A DNA stretch of 32,000 nucleotides, taken from NCBI GenBank assembly GCA_054661495.1, contig BAAFSQ010000080.1, positions 1-32,000 of the forward strand. The letters run 5' to 3'. The stretch is from Zygophlyctis sp. KS116. Its lineage: Eukaryota; Fungi; Chytridiomycota. Shown one piece after another: positions 1-12,473 of the stretch. The number at the start of each line of letters is the position of its first letter. Within the stretch, counting starts at the first letter, position 1. The translations under genes were made by a program, and so were the position numbers. The notes under the pieces are model-generated. The model was not told the origin of the DNA, made no database searches, and worked only from the letters and a program-made list of their open reading frames with translations.

Positions 1-292
1 GTCTTGTGAATTGTGTAAATTTAAAGCAAACAAATAAGTTTCCTGATGAGAAAGTGATTTAAATCTGCCCAATAGAACGGGAGTCATTGAGCATGAGAAG
101 TCTTTAGTAAAATAATGTTTATCTGTAATGCGTTGAACTTCATTACTTTGAAAATATACTTTTATTCCAGGAGAAAATAGTAAGATTGTGCACAAGATCA
201 GTAATGCGATAATTAATGCGATTATCAGTTTTTTGGATGAAATCATCAACCGCCTTAATGCTAATGGTGAAGTCATTGGAAAAAGGTAAAAG

Positions 293-390
293 AATCTATT
301 AATAGTAGTGCGGTATTTATAGTAGTAATCTATTAATAGATATGCTATTTATAGTGGTAATCTATTAATAGATATGCTATTTATAGATAT
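293..390. repeat. Short tandem repeat: two near-perfect 32-bp units (319-350, 351-382) plus partial flanking copies
   Basis: The unit ATAGT(A/G)GTAATCTATTAATAGATATGCTATTT is read directly from the sequence. Each unit contains the 14-bp palindrome ATCTATTAATAGAT. Confidence 0.85.
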
Positions 391-690
391 CATGACTGAA
401 TGAAACCCTAGATTCCAACACTATAAAGTTGTTGAAAAGGAACAGATCAATAGACAATAAATTGAATTAATGTATTTCCGATTTACGCTTTGCTGTTTGG
501 TTAAGCTTATGTAAGATGCTGGACATGACTCTATGATAAGTTTGCGGGAGTATGATAAAATGGTTTCAAACAAACCCAGACGATATCTAAGACCAGAAAC
601 CTCTGAAATGATACCCGAAAGGCGATCAAAGGAACGATCATTAATGAATCAAATGGATCACGCTGCGAGTATAATGCAATATTTATTCAA

Positions 691-1263
691 TCAGTATAGT
701 GTGCTATCACTTTTCTGTTTCAAGAGTTCAATCTGGTCTTGCTTTACTATTTCCATTTCTATTTCTGCAACAACTGTGTCTGGTACAACTCGCACAATAG
801 AATAGATGGGCTGCCCATCAGAGTACCCAGAAATAAAACATGGAGCCTTCTTTCCAGAGTTTTCTTTAGACTTGCTATTTGAGGCTCTGGATCTCTTAGG
901 CTGGGGCTTATTATTTGGAGTATCAAAGAACTTTGGTTTATTTTTTGAGTCTTCTACAGCTATACTTAATCTCTTTGACAATAAACAAATGACTATAGCT
1001 TTTATGAATTCTGACCCCATTGGATTAACCGGACTGGAATTTACATGATATGTGTACCCCTCATTGTATGGATAAGTAAAGATGGCATTACGCGCCTCAT
1101 TTTCGACAAAGAGCTCCCACTGCTTCTGATTCAATAGAAAAGTTGGACAATTGAAAGCATAAAGAGATGTCAAGACTTGAATACCCCTACAGTCATGATA
1201 CCACATTGCATCACTGGCAAACGTATTGTTAGTTTTGACTTGAGATGCTATTAAATCGGACAA
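691..1263 (-). other. 190-codon open frame of unknown function, possibly a 3' exon or gene remnant
   Basis: Long stop-free frame in AT-rich DNA. It begins at TTG with no clear 5' exon and no family I recognise. Confidence 0.3.
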
Positions 1264-1875
1264 CTCCCGCGATTAAGCACAGAAGTCGCCCCTTAAAGCC
1301 GCAATATGCCTAATATTTGATCTGTAATGCTTAGAGTACAGTTTTAATGTATAAAAAACAGGAAACATATTCAGGCATTCCCTACTTAGAAACTGGGCCA
1401 GTACTATTCTCAACTTTTTCCCAGAACGCCAGAATCACAAGTGATCACAAGTAATCATTTATTTTTACATTAAACTTAGTAAATATCGCAACAGACAGTA
1501 CTGCTACCATCAAATAACTGGAGATAAGCAACCTCTTGATAATATAATTCTTTTCAACGTATCCCTATAAGTTATGATGATCATCATACCTGAGCTATTA
1601 AATCAAACAAACTTTCTAATTGTATAGTTCCTAAAAACAGCAAAAGTCCGAAAATCCCAAAAGTGGCAGACTTTCTAGATTCTGCAATGCAAATCAATTC
1701 CAATACCAAAAGAATGATTAGAACCCATTTTGGTATGATAAACTCATTCTATGTTTATTTTTAGCATATCATACTCTTTTAGAAATGAATAGAGGTTCAT
1801 AGTAAGAATCTCTTACATTTGGCATGTTTTAAGTAAAATCTGAAACGTCAGCGCCTGTCACAAAAAAGCATTGTA

Positions 1876-3279
1876 ATGACTATCGACAAGAGATATATCA
1901 TTCTGGGACTATCTGCACTATCAGTAATGATTAGTTATGCTGATCGGACAAACATATCCATTGCTGAATTGGATATGAAGAAGGAATTGAATTTATCGGA
2001 TACAACTCTTGGAATCGTCAATTCATCATTCTTTTGGGGATATGCTATAACTCAGATAATTGGGGGATGGTTTGCTGATAAATATGGTGGAAAACATGTT
2101 TTATTGACTGCAGTTGCTGGTTGGAGTTTCTTCACATTTATCGTTCCATTTGCTGTTTCTAAAGGACTGGCTGTTTTTATTATTACAAGGATTCTTCTCG
2201 GGGCTGCTGAAGGAGTTGGATTTCCTGCTGTTCATTCAATGTTGGGTAAATGGATACCTGTAAATGAAAGATCCCGAGCAGTGTCAATTGTTACTGCATT
2301 TTCGTATTTAGGAGCTATATTATCATCTATAGTTGCATCGGCTTTATTGGCTCCATATGGGTGGAGATCTATATTTTATTCTTTTGGATCAATTGGAATG
2401 TTATGGTGTATACCTTGGATTTACTTTGCAGAAAATGAACCTGCTCATCAAATACAATCTAACCAAGTTGAAAATGTTATTTTTTCAAACGTAGTACAAT
2501 CATATTCAGTCGTCAAGAATAACCACAGTCTAACAGAATCAGAAGATTCATGTACAATAGAGAACGAAGGCTTTATTTCCTCAGATATAGTATACATTCT
2601 TGATAGAGAGATAGATTCAACACCGTGGAGGAAAATATTTGCTGCAAAGGAAGTGTGGGCAATTATAATCAATCAATTTGCTCAATCTTGGGGCTTCTTT
2701 ACAATTCTTTTCTATTTGCCTACTTATTTTGAAGTTGTTCATGGTCTGAAGTCTAACCAAGCTGGATTTATGACTATCCTACCCAATTTATTGCAGGTAA
2801 TATAAGTATTAAAAAAATAATTTAAGGGAGTTGGTGGAATAGCTGTGGGGTTCATTGGCGACTTTTTGATCGAGAAAAAGCAGTATACCACCTATCATGT
2901 TCGACTTTTTGCGCAATTGATTGGTATGTGGGGCCCAGCATTATTTTTTGGTTTATTAGGATTTATTGGACATACCAATGTTATTTTAGCAGAAATTTTA
3001 TGCACAGTTGGGATGGGTCTTAGCTGCGCTACTTTGATTGGTGTCAGCTGTTCACAGTTAGATATTTCTCCCAGATATGCTGGAACGGTTTTTGCTATTG
3101 GAAATGTTTCGGGGACTATTGCAGGAATGATTGCAACCTTTTTCGCAGGTGCATCACAAGATCAAGTCATGGAAATACACCCCTGGACATTGATATTTAC
3201 AATATGTTCTTTATTCAATATAGTTGGTGGAATCGCATGGATCTTGTTGGGCGGAGGAGATAAAGTAGTCATTCAATAA
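1876..3279 (+). CDS. MFS transporter, SLC17/anion:cation symporter family (2 exons, intron 2797-2826)
   Basis: Motifs SYADRTNISIA, SSFFWGY..TQI.GG, R.LLG.AEG..FP, W.P..ERSRA and DISPRYAG. A 30-nt GT..AG intron with an in-frame TAA joins the two same-frame ORFs. Confidence 0.92.
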
Positions 3280-3642
3280 TCTGGGACAGAATCGGCGCCT
3301 TAACAAGATTATTTATGCTATAGCTTCAAGAGTTTGATAATAAACTGGAAAGATATCTTTCTGCGGTTCCTGACAAGATATAGTTACGGTTTATCGGACA
3401 ATAGTCTGCTAAAAAATGACTGTTGCAGCTAAATAGAGTAATACCAATTAGCCATCAAATTTAGATTGTTTGCTGCTTCCGCTATTTTAGTTCTCTCCAG
3501 CGCTAACATTTTGAGCGATTTTCCACTAGACTATAGATGATTCGACGGAGAAAATGATTGAGAAAGTCAAAATATGTGATCTATACAAGTTTATCGATCG
3601 GTTAAATATTGAAATTTTTCATAGCATCAATTTATTAAAATC

Positions 3643-5213
3643 TTAAGTAGAACTTTTTAGTTTGTTTTTAAGAAGTGGTATAACATCTTCTTTCCAGTGC
3701 ATTTCTAGCTCCTTATTAGGAATAGAAACAAATGACTTTTCATTCTCGACACTGTATGTGAGATATCCAGTGTGGACCAAGAAATCCAAGATGGAATTTA
3801 TATTCCAATCATTAACCGAGTAGTTCACTGTTGTATCGAGAGAAGCAATTCGAAACTTTTGTCTCTTTTCGGCTATTATATCCAACATCGGTATTAAACT
3901 GTCTCCTATTTTTGGAGATATGACCGAGCAAATAGTTTCAAGACTGGAAGAAACACGTTCAGGACCAGACGCTTTGACCCAATAAGAATCAAATTCCTTT
4001 TGAATAAGCCACTGCATGAATGACCATGGGTTAATAACCATGTTCCCATCCATCTTGTATCCACTGTACCATTCACAAACATTTTCTATTTCCGAATCAG
4101 AATTGATTAAACCTTCAATTTCTGCTTTTGAGAATCCAAAACTTGAAGAAAAGCCCCGATCATCAACAGAATACACCGTGATATTATTCAGCCCGGACAT
4201 TGCATCAGCAATACGAACCTCGACATTGCCCATCAAACAGGCTTTTTTTAGAGCTGAATTTCCTTTCAAAGCCTTAGAATAGAACTGTCCCAAGAAATTA
4301 GATGCCGCTTTATAATAGCCCTTTCGAAAAGCATGATTCAAAGGAGCGTCGTATTCATCAATGAGGACAATCACTCTTTTTCCATGAAACTCAAATAGAC
4401 TTGTTATAAGCCTTTGGAGTATAGAAGGTAATGCTCCGCGATTGACAGGGGGGTTTAAAGAGTCAAAATCATAGCCATACATTTTCCATTTGGCAATTTC
4501 TTCGGCCAATTCCATTTTATGAAGAGCAACCATCTTTCTTATACACTCCCATATATTATGATACATTTCTTCCCAAGTTTCACCTTTGCAATCCTTAAGA
4601 TCAAGAAAGACAACAGGATACTGACCACAGTGTTTCTTAACAAAATCAACATCTTTGGAAATCAGAAAACGATCAAAGCTTTCGGCAGAAGCATCGATTG
4701 ATAAAAATGACTTGAGCATAGATAGATTCAAACTTTTTCCAAATCCTCTAAGAATTAGCCAAATCTTAAACTTGCCTTGGGCGCAGAATAACAGCAACTT
4801 CTGAATAGTCTTTCATAAACTCTTTGATAAACATGGTCTTATCAATGATAAATGCCTGATTCTTGATGATTTCGCCAAAATCACAACTTCCAACTGTTCG
4901 CTGGATTGATGCATTCTCCCTGACAGATGATCTACTCTTTCCTGCAAGAACTGAACATCATAAAAGTAGAATTACCTTTAGCAGTAGCTGGTAATACAGT
5001 CTCACCATGATCCGAATGACTCATTCCAACGACTTTTTTTACTGTCAATAACCAACCATTCGTCTGCGACTTATTCCTCGCAAATGTCGAGTAGTCTGCA
5101 TTGTTGATCGCTAGAATTGGCTTAACCAGTTGAAATGCATACTTTGCTACATTTAAGATACTTGAATGTCGAGTCATCATGATTCTGATCATTAATGGAA
5201 CCTGGACTTTCAC
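3643..5213 (-). CDS. AAA-ATPase-like P-loop NTPase (PF09820-like), apparently lacking a C-terminal nuclease; 5' exons uncertain
   Basis: Spliced translation gives VGSCDFGEII..AFIIDKTMFIKEF..VAVILRPR|GFGKSLNLSML (Walker A), YPVVFLDLKD, VIVLIDEYDAP (Walker B), WYSGY, INPWS, SYW, FLVHTGYLT and IPNKE. A GC-AG intron lies at 4748-4775 and another intron starts near 4975. Confidence 0.75.
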
Positions 5214-5380
5214 CTAATTCTTGAGATACTGGAGATACTGGAGCAGATCTTGGGTAAGTAATTACCATTAAATTTATAAACTCTACTCATGAATTTGACT
5301 GTTCCTATAATAATGCATTCACAGGATTTGGACCCATTGTCCAACTGCATGCCATGGTGTAGGTCACGTGCAAGATTTGA

Positions 5381-7438
5381 ATGTCAAGTACCAAAAGATT
5401 CAATAGAATACAAAAGATTGTTTCTAATTTTTGTCTTGATAAAGCTTCAATGCTTAATCCGGGTGATTTTATTTCCATACATCCTTCATATGTGATGACA
5501 CATGACAATACTGGCGCTGTTTTGAAAAAGTATGATTTAGCAATAATTTATTCAAAGATTTTCTAGCATTGGCGCACAAAAGGTCTTTGATCCTTCGCAA
5601 ATTGTTTTTACCCTCGATCATAATGTTCAGAATTTCTCACAATCTAATTTAGATAAATATAAAAATATTCAAGAGTTTAGCCAAAAGCAGTCTATAGACT
5701 TTTACCCGGCCGGACGGGGTATCGGACATCAGATTATGATTGAGCAGGGCTATGCTTTTCCGAATTCTATGGTAGTAGCATCAGATTCTCATTCAAATAT
5801 GTATGGAGGAGTGGGATGTTTAGGAACGCCCGTCGTTAGAACCGATGCTGCTGCTATTTGGGCGACTGGACGTACTTGGTGGCAGATTCCTCAGGTTACA
5901 AAAGTCACCTTTATTAATAACTTACCAAAAGGATGTACTGGTAAAGATGTTATTATAGCTCTTTGCGGGCATTTTAATCAAGATCAAGTACTAAACCATG
6001 CATTGGAATTTGATGGTCCAGGATTAGAATCTTTGAGTGTTGATGATCGCTTAACTATTTCTAATATGACCACTGAATGGTATACTTATTTTTACTAATC
6101 AGCAAAGGGGTGCATTGGCTGGGATTTTCCCAGTTGATAATATTACACTGGAATATATATCCAAGCGTATTTCATGGTTTGGTGGAAATCATTCGAGGTA
6201 TAATAAAATGAAGTTGGAAAAGATATCTCAAAATCTAATGAATGCTGATGATGGGGCAGATTATGCACAAGAAATCATTTTTGATCTCTCTAGTGTGGTT
6301 CCATATATTTCTGGCCCAAACTCTGTCAAGAAAATGAAAAGTTTAAATGAAATAGAACAGGAAAATATCAAAGTCCATAAAGCATACTTGGTATCTTGCG
6401 TGAATTCTCGGCTTTCAGACATAAAAGCTGCTGCTGAAATTATGAAAGGTCAAAAAATAGCTAATCATGTCGAGTTCTATGTAGCTGCTGCATCCTCAGA
6501 GGTTCAAAAAGAAGCAACTGATGCGGGTGACTGGCAAATATTATTAAATGCTGGTGCAAAGCCGTTGATTTCTGGGTGCGGCCCTTGCATAGGTATTTTT
6601 TCAATCTTAATTATAAGGGCTTGGAGCTGGATTATTGAAAGATGGAGAAGTGGGAATTTCAGCAACAAATAGAAATTATAAAGGCAGAATGGGTTCACCA
6701 TTGGCAACAACTTATTTAGCCTCCCCAGCAGTTGTCGCTGCTTCTGCAATCAGTGGATATATTTCTCGACCCACGTCTTGGAAAAATAAAGAGGGGATCG
6801 CCGATATATCAGCTGAATTAAAAACTTCCATCAAGAAAAACATCTCTAAAGTAGTTAAAAATAATAATGCCCCTGTAGACATATATCCTGGCTTCCACCC
6901 AATCTTACAAGGTGAACTTGTCTTTTGCGATCACGATAACCTAAATACTGATGGGATCTATCCTGGAAAATATACTTATGAAGATGATATTTCTCCAGAA
7001 AAAATGGCAAAAGTAGTGATGGAGAATTATGATTCTCAATTTTCGTCAATAATCAAGAAAAATGATATTCTTGTTGCCGGATTTAATTTTGGAACGGGCT
7101 CATCGAGAGAACAGGCTGCTACTGCTTTAAAATATGCAGGGGTCAATCTCATTTTGGCTGGATCTTTTTCAGAGACTTTCAAGAGAAATGCCATCAATAA
7201 TGGCCTCTTGGTTTTAGAATGCCCTGAGCTTGTTCAGTTACTAAGAAAGAAAGGATCAAAGAATCTAAAAGCCTTAACTTGGAGAAGCGGGTTGGATGCT
7301 CATGCAAATCTTTTATCTGGTGAAATAATTGTGGATTCTTTAAAATATAACATTCCATCTGTTGGATATTCTGCACAAGAGCTGATCGTGGAAGGCGGAC
7401 TTGAATCTTGGATATCAAAGACAATATCAAAGCAATAA
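5381..7438 (+). CDS. LYS4: Homoaconitase (introns 5530-5557, 6080-6107, 6593-6617)
   Basis: Motifs [65 protein letters not shown] and [15 protein letters not shown]. Three 25-28 nt GT-AG introns restore one continuous frame. Confidence 0.95.
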
Positions 7439-7444
7439 AAAAAC

Positions 7445-8501
<1,057 letters not shown>

Positions 8502-8517
8502 TTAGAAATTAATAGTA

Positions 8518-9228
8518 TTAGGAGTACATTATCGGAAAAACTGATTTATCCGTCCCAAAAGAGTCTGTACTATTTTGTACTGAAATTGATTCTATATCAT
8601 TGTTTTTTGTTTCTTTGGGCAGTATTTTTTTAGAATTTGATGTCTGACAACAACTTGAATTTGCTTTTTCTTCGTGTAAAACATGTAATTTCTGTAATAA
8701 TCTTGAGAGATTAACATCTTTTGAACTTGATTGCAGAGCTAAATCATCTACAATATGCCTCGCAGCAATTTGAGTGGGTGTTTGATGTAATATAGAGATT
8801 GATCCTGTTAAAGAATTGGTATCTTGGTTTATATTGTCATTATCATCTAATGATTTGCTCTTTCTATGTGATTCTTTCAGAGAGAAAATCTCTTTTTGAA
8901 TTTGTCCGATAACCAAAAGTGCCAAAGTTTTTTCAATTTGACACACTTGAAGATCCAGTTTACAGTTTTTAAGTTGATCATCCAGCCTCTTCTTGTCTAA
9001 TTTTAAATCCATGATACTATTTTCTAATTCTACTGTTACATCGCATTTCTTTGCATATAATTCCTCCACATCACTCAACTTAACCGCAAACCTCTTCTTG
9101 TCTAGCAAGGCCTTGTTCTTCTCCTCCTCCAAAACTTTCCAATCTTCCATAGACTTTACATTTGGGTCCATGAATGGAAAAGAAAAATCATGAACCTTTC
9201 CTGGAGACTTTGAGTGGTTGTTTCCCAT
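8518..9228 (-). CDS. Hypothetical coiled-coil protein with a possible N-myristoylation motif
   Basis: 236-aa ATG ORF starting MGNNHS, with a heptad-like L/E/K-rich middle. Confidence 0.65.
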   Translation of the reverse strand: MGNNHSKSPGKVHDFSFPFMDPNVKSMEDWKVLEEEKNKALLDKKRFAVKLSDVEELYAKKCDVTVELENSIMDLKLDKKRLDDQLKNCKLDLQVCQIEKTLALLVIGQIQKEIFSLKESHRKSKSLDDNDNINQDTNSLTGSISILHQTPTQIAARHIVDDLALQSSSKDVNLSRLLQKLHVLHEEKANSSCCQTSNSKKILPKETKNNDIESISVQNSTDSFGTDKSVFPIMYS

Positions 9229-9511
9229 TAAAAAGAATGACGTATATCAAGGGAAAATTGAAGACAATGTCATTTACTAGTGAGTCACATGTTCCGCGCA
9301 TTCAGGGTCTAGACGGTTACGGATTTGCAAGGTTAACCTAAATTCTAAACTTTGACCATCACCCTCAACTTGTACGACTGATGAATCGGACGGGATGAAT
9401 CGGACAGATACAGATGGAAACATATACTCAAAGTAAATTGGAGAGCGTCAAGACTTGGAATTCCTTACTTTGGCATCATCACCAGTATTTTAATCTCCGA
9501 TGGCGTATTCA

Positions 9512-9844
9512 TCACAAATCAAATGGCTTTAAATTTTCTAGCATTTTATCAAGAATGGCATTAAAAGAAGATTCCGCACGTTGATTTGATAGAGTCTGAA
9601 TTTTACGATTAGTAATAGTTTCAAGTTTTAAAACTTTTAAATTAAGTTTTTCCAAATCTGAATTTACTTTTGAAGACTCTAAAATTCTACAACTAGACAT
9701 TCTAAATACATTTTGTACTACCTCCTTGGATTTTTCCTTTATAGAATTACGTGTTCTTTGAGATAAAATACAATCTTGAGACTCTAGAGAATAAGGATTT
9801 GAAGATATTGAAGAATCTATGAATCTATTCATGGGATGATCCAT
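9512..9844 (-). CDS. Hypothetical protein (start uncertain; overlaps the J-domain gene stop)
   Basis: 110-aa ORF, no recognisable motif. Confidence 0.4.
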   Translation of the reverse strand: MDHPMNRFIDSSISSNPYSLESQDCILSQRTRNSIKEKSKEVVQNVFRMSSCRILESSKVNSDLEKLNLKVLKLETITNRKIQTLSNQRAESSFNAILDKMLENLKPFDL

Positions 9845-10415
9845 ATTCTACTTTGAGTTTCTCAAGTTTTTTAATTTCAGCTTCCAGTGAGGAATTTTTT
9901 GATTTTTGAATGACTCTTTCATATTCTTGATTAGATACAATTTTTGATTCCTCCATATATTGTTTTAATTTAGATCTCTTTTCGACATAAAATACAGATA
10001 AAATCATTCCTCCAATTGTTGAAATCAGCAAAATAATGCCAGCCATTTTCCCATTACTCATATACAATGGTCCTGTTGAATAACTTCCCTTGTAAAACGA
10101 ATCATCATTCATATCCTTGTAATTGGTTTTATAAGACTTTTGAGAAGATGCATTTGAATCAACTGAATTATTTCTTAAATAACCGTCCTTTTTGGATAGA
10201 ATTTCATAAGCTCTTGTTATTTGCATAAATTTGTCATCATTTTCCAATGAATGTTTTGTCCGACTGTCCGGATGATACAACTTTGCGAGTTTGAAATAAG
10301 CAGACTTGATTTCCTTTGCTGATGAATTTCTTGGAATATTAAGGATTTTAAAAGGATCAAAGTTTGAGGTCGTTGAGAGTTTTAAACTTGAAATTCTATT
10401 GATGAATGCTCTCAT
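9825..10415 (-). CDS. DnaJ-domain membrane protein, probably mitochondrial
   Basis: J-domain DPFKILNI..EIKSAYFKLAKLYHPD..FMQITRAYEILS and one C-terminal hydrophobic helix. The likely start MRAFINRISSLKLST (10415) resembles a transit peptide. The longer ORF start would overlap the divergent cyclase gene. Confidence 0.85.
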   Translation of the reverse strand: MRAFINRISSLKLSTTSNFDPFKILNIPRNSSAKEIKSAYFKLAKLYHPDSRTKHSLENDDKFMQITRAYEILSKKDGYLRNNSVDSNASSQKSYKTNYKDMNDDSFYKGSYSTGPLYMSNGKMAGIILLISTIGGMILSVFYVEKRSKLKQYMEESKIVSNQEYERVIQKSKNSSLEAEIKKLEKLKVEYGSSHE

Positions 10416-10474
10416 TTTTATGATGACGTCGACGCCACCAGCAATAATAGTCAAGGCGATTTGTTTATAAACCA

Positions 10475-12461
10475 ATGCAGTCTCCCAGGCCAACAGTTGG
10501 CATTTTACATAGAAAGAGATCAAGTACAGATAAACAAGAAAGATCCAATTTCTCTTCATTATCACTTTTACCGCATGAATTTAACTTGTCGCTGTCAGAT
10601 GTTGATACAATTGGAACTATAAAAGATGGCAATGCATCATTACAAGAGATTAATCATTCTCAGGATGATTTAGAGATGGGTGTCTTAGAACCCAATCAAC
10701 CTAAAATTGTATTGCATACTACAGGTCCAAGGGGAAAAGGTCATAGTCCTCAAGACAATGCAGTTCTAGTATATAATACAACTTTTGGAGGAAAAATGAT
10801 ATTTCCATTGAATAAGAAAGAGATTAGCATTGGAAGAAAGGATGATAATGATATTGTATTATCAGATGGGAAAATTTCAAAACATCATGCAACAATCGTT
10901 AACTTGGATGATCGGTATTTTTTAGATTTTTAATGATAGATTTTATATTAAAGATAATAACTCATCCAATGGTGTTAGAATTAATGGTCATCAAATTGAA
11001 GCCAATGTACCATTTCCAATTACAAATAATGATGAATTGTCGGTCGGGTCAGTAGATCTTAAATTTCTGCAAAAATCATTAGATCCAAAACAAGATAATC
11101 TATCTGAAGATAATAATACTAAACTTGTCACTATTCTTCCATCAGAAAAGAAATATGAAGAGACAGTCACAATACGTGCTGAAGTTGAAGCAGACGTTGA
11201 CGTTGACTTTAAAAAGGTGGAAGATGTGAATGATATTAATACCCTTAAAGAAGATTATGAAAAACTGCGATTGGCATATGAGCTTACAAAAGGAGCACAA
11301 AGTACTGATATTAATCAACTTCTTGCAAAATCAATGGACTTAATATTTGAAATATTAAATGTGGACCGTGGAGTTATTTTATTGGTTGATCAGACTACTG
11401 GGATTTTAGCTACGCAATTTGTAAAATTAAGAGAAGGAAGATCAAATGAAGGGCGTGAAATTCTGCTGAGCTCTACTATTTTGAGAAAAGTATTCTATAC
11501 AAGAAAGTGCTTGATAACATCTGATGCTTGTGAAGATCCAATGCTTGGAAAAGCTGCATCTGTCAGGTATGGGCAAATAAGGAGTGTTATTTGTGTTCCT
11601 CTAGTTTCGCATGGTAAAGTTCACGGAATCCTTCATTTAGACTCTCGTGATAAAGTATCCTTCTCGAAAAAGGATCTTGGATTGGTAAAGTCGATCGGGA
11701 ATCAGACTTCTATTGCTATTGAGAACAGCGTTCTTTTGAAGGAAGTGGATGCTAAGGCACGGATCACTGAGCAGCTATCTAGATTTTTGGCCCCTCATGT
11801 CGTGGACAGAATGACCAAAAAAGCAGATTTGATTGGTAGAGGAGGAAGAGATATTGTTGGAACGATTATATTTGCAGATATTCGAGGATTCACTAATTTC
11901 AGTGAAAGACTGGGCCGAGTCGAGGTTTTTAATCTCCTTAATGATTATTTTGAAAGGGTATTTTAAAACAAAATTAATAAGTAAGCTTGTCCGAATAGTT
12001 TTCAAATACAATGGTGTAGTTGATAAATTCATCGGTGATGCATTGATGGCTGTTTTTGGAACATTAGAGGAGGAAGCAGATTCTGAATTTCGAGCTGTTG
12101 CTGCAGCTTTGGAATTTAAAAATGCTATCAAAGAAATGAATGAAGATAGGCAGAGACTTGGTAAAGAGAGTATATCGATAGGAGTTGGTCTGAATACTGG
12201 TAATTATTTTTCTTTTCAAAATCAGGTGAACTCTTGGTTGGGTTTGTCGGAAGTAGTCAGCGTCTAGAGTATACTTGCATCGGTGATACCGTAAATACAT
12301 CATCAAGAATTTGCTCAAAAGCAAAAGATGATCAGGTCTTGTTTTCTGAATCGACTTATCAGGCGGTCAAAGGTAGAGTCCATGCGGATCCTATTGGATA
12401 TCAGCAATTTAAAGGGAAGAAAAATGAAGTTATGATTTATGAAGCTAAATATATTTACTGA
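10475..12461 (+). CDS. FHA-GAF-class III adenylyl cyclase (introns 10915-10939, 11958-11985, 12200-12225)
   Basis: FHA motifs SIGR, ISKHHA and DNNSSNGV.ING. GAF motifs DRGVILL, IRSVICVPL, GILHLDS and FS..DL..IGNQ..IAIEN. Cyclase motifs FADIRGFT, DKFIGDALMAVFG, IGVGLNTG and EYTCIGDTVNTSSRI. Confidence 0.92.
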
Positions 12462-12473
12462 AATGTTGTCTGT

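Noticed and set aside
3643-4797. Bacterial contamination or chimeric assembly at the AAA-ATPase-like gene
   Set aside because: It contains a spliceosomal-type intron of the host's size class and its composition matches the flanks.
5381-7438. Apparent frameshifts and stops in LYS4 and many other genes, suggesting pseudogenes or an alternative genetic code
   Set aside because: Each break is resolved by a 23-30 nt GT-AG intron that restores conserved motifs under the standard code.
9240-9510. Possible small gene or structured RNA in this comparatively long spacer (with a GATGAATCGGAC duplication)
   Set aside because: I could not build a consistent spliced ORF or recognise any RNA family.
10416-10565. 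N-terminal 50-aa extension of the J-domain ORF
   Set aside because: It overlaps the divergent cyclase CDS in antisense, and the ATG at 10415 gives a more plausible start.
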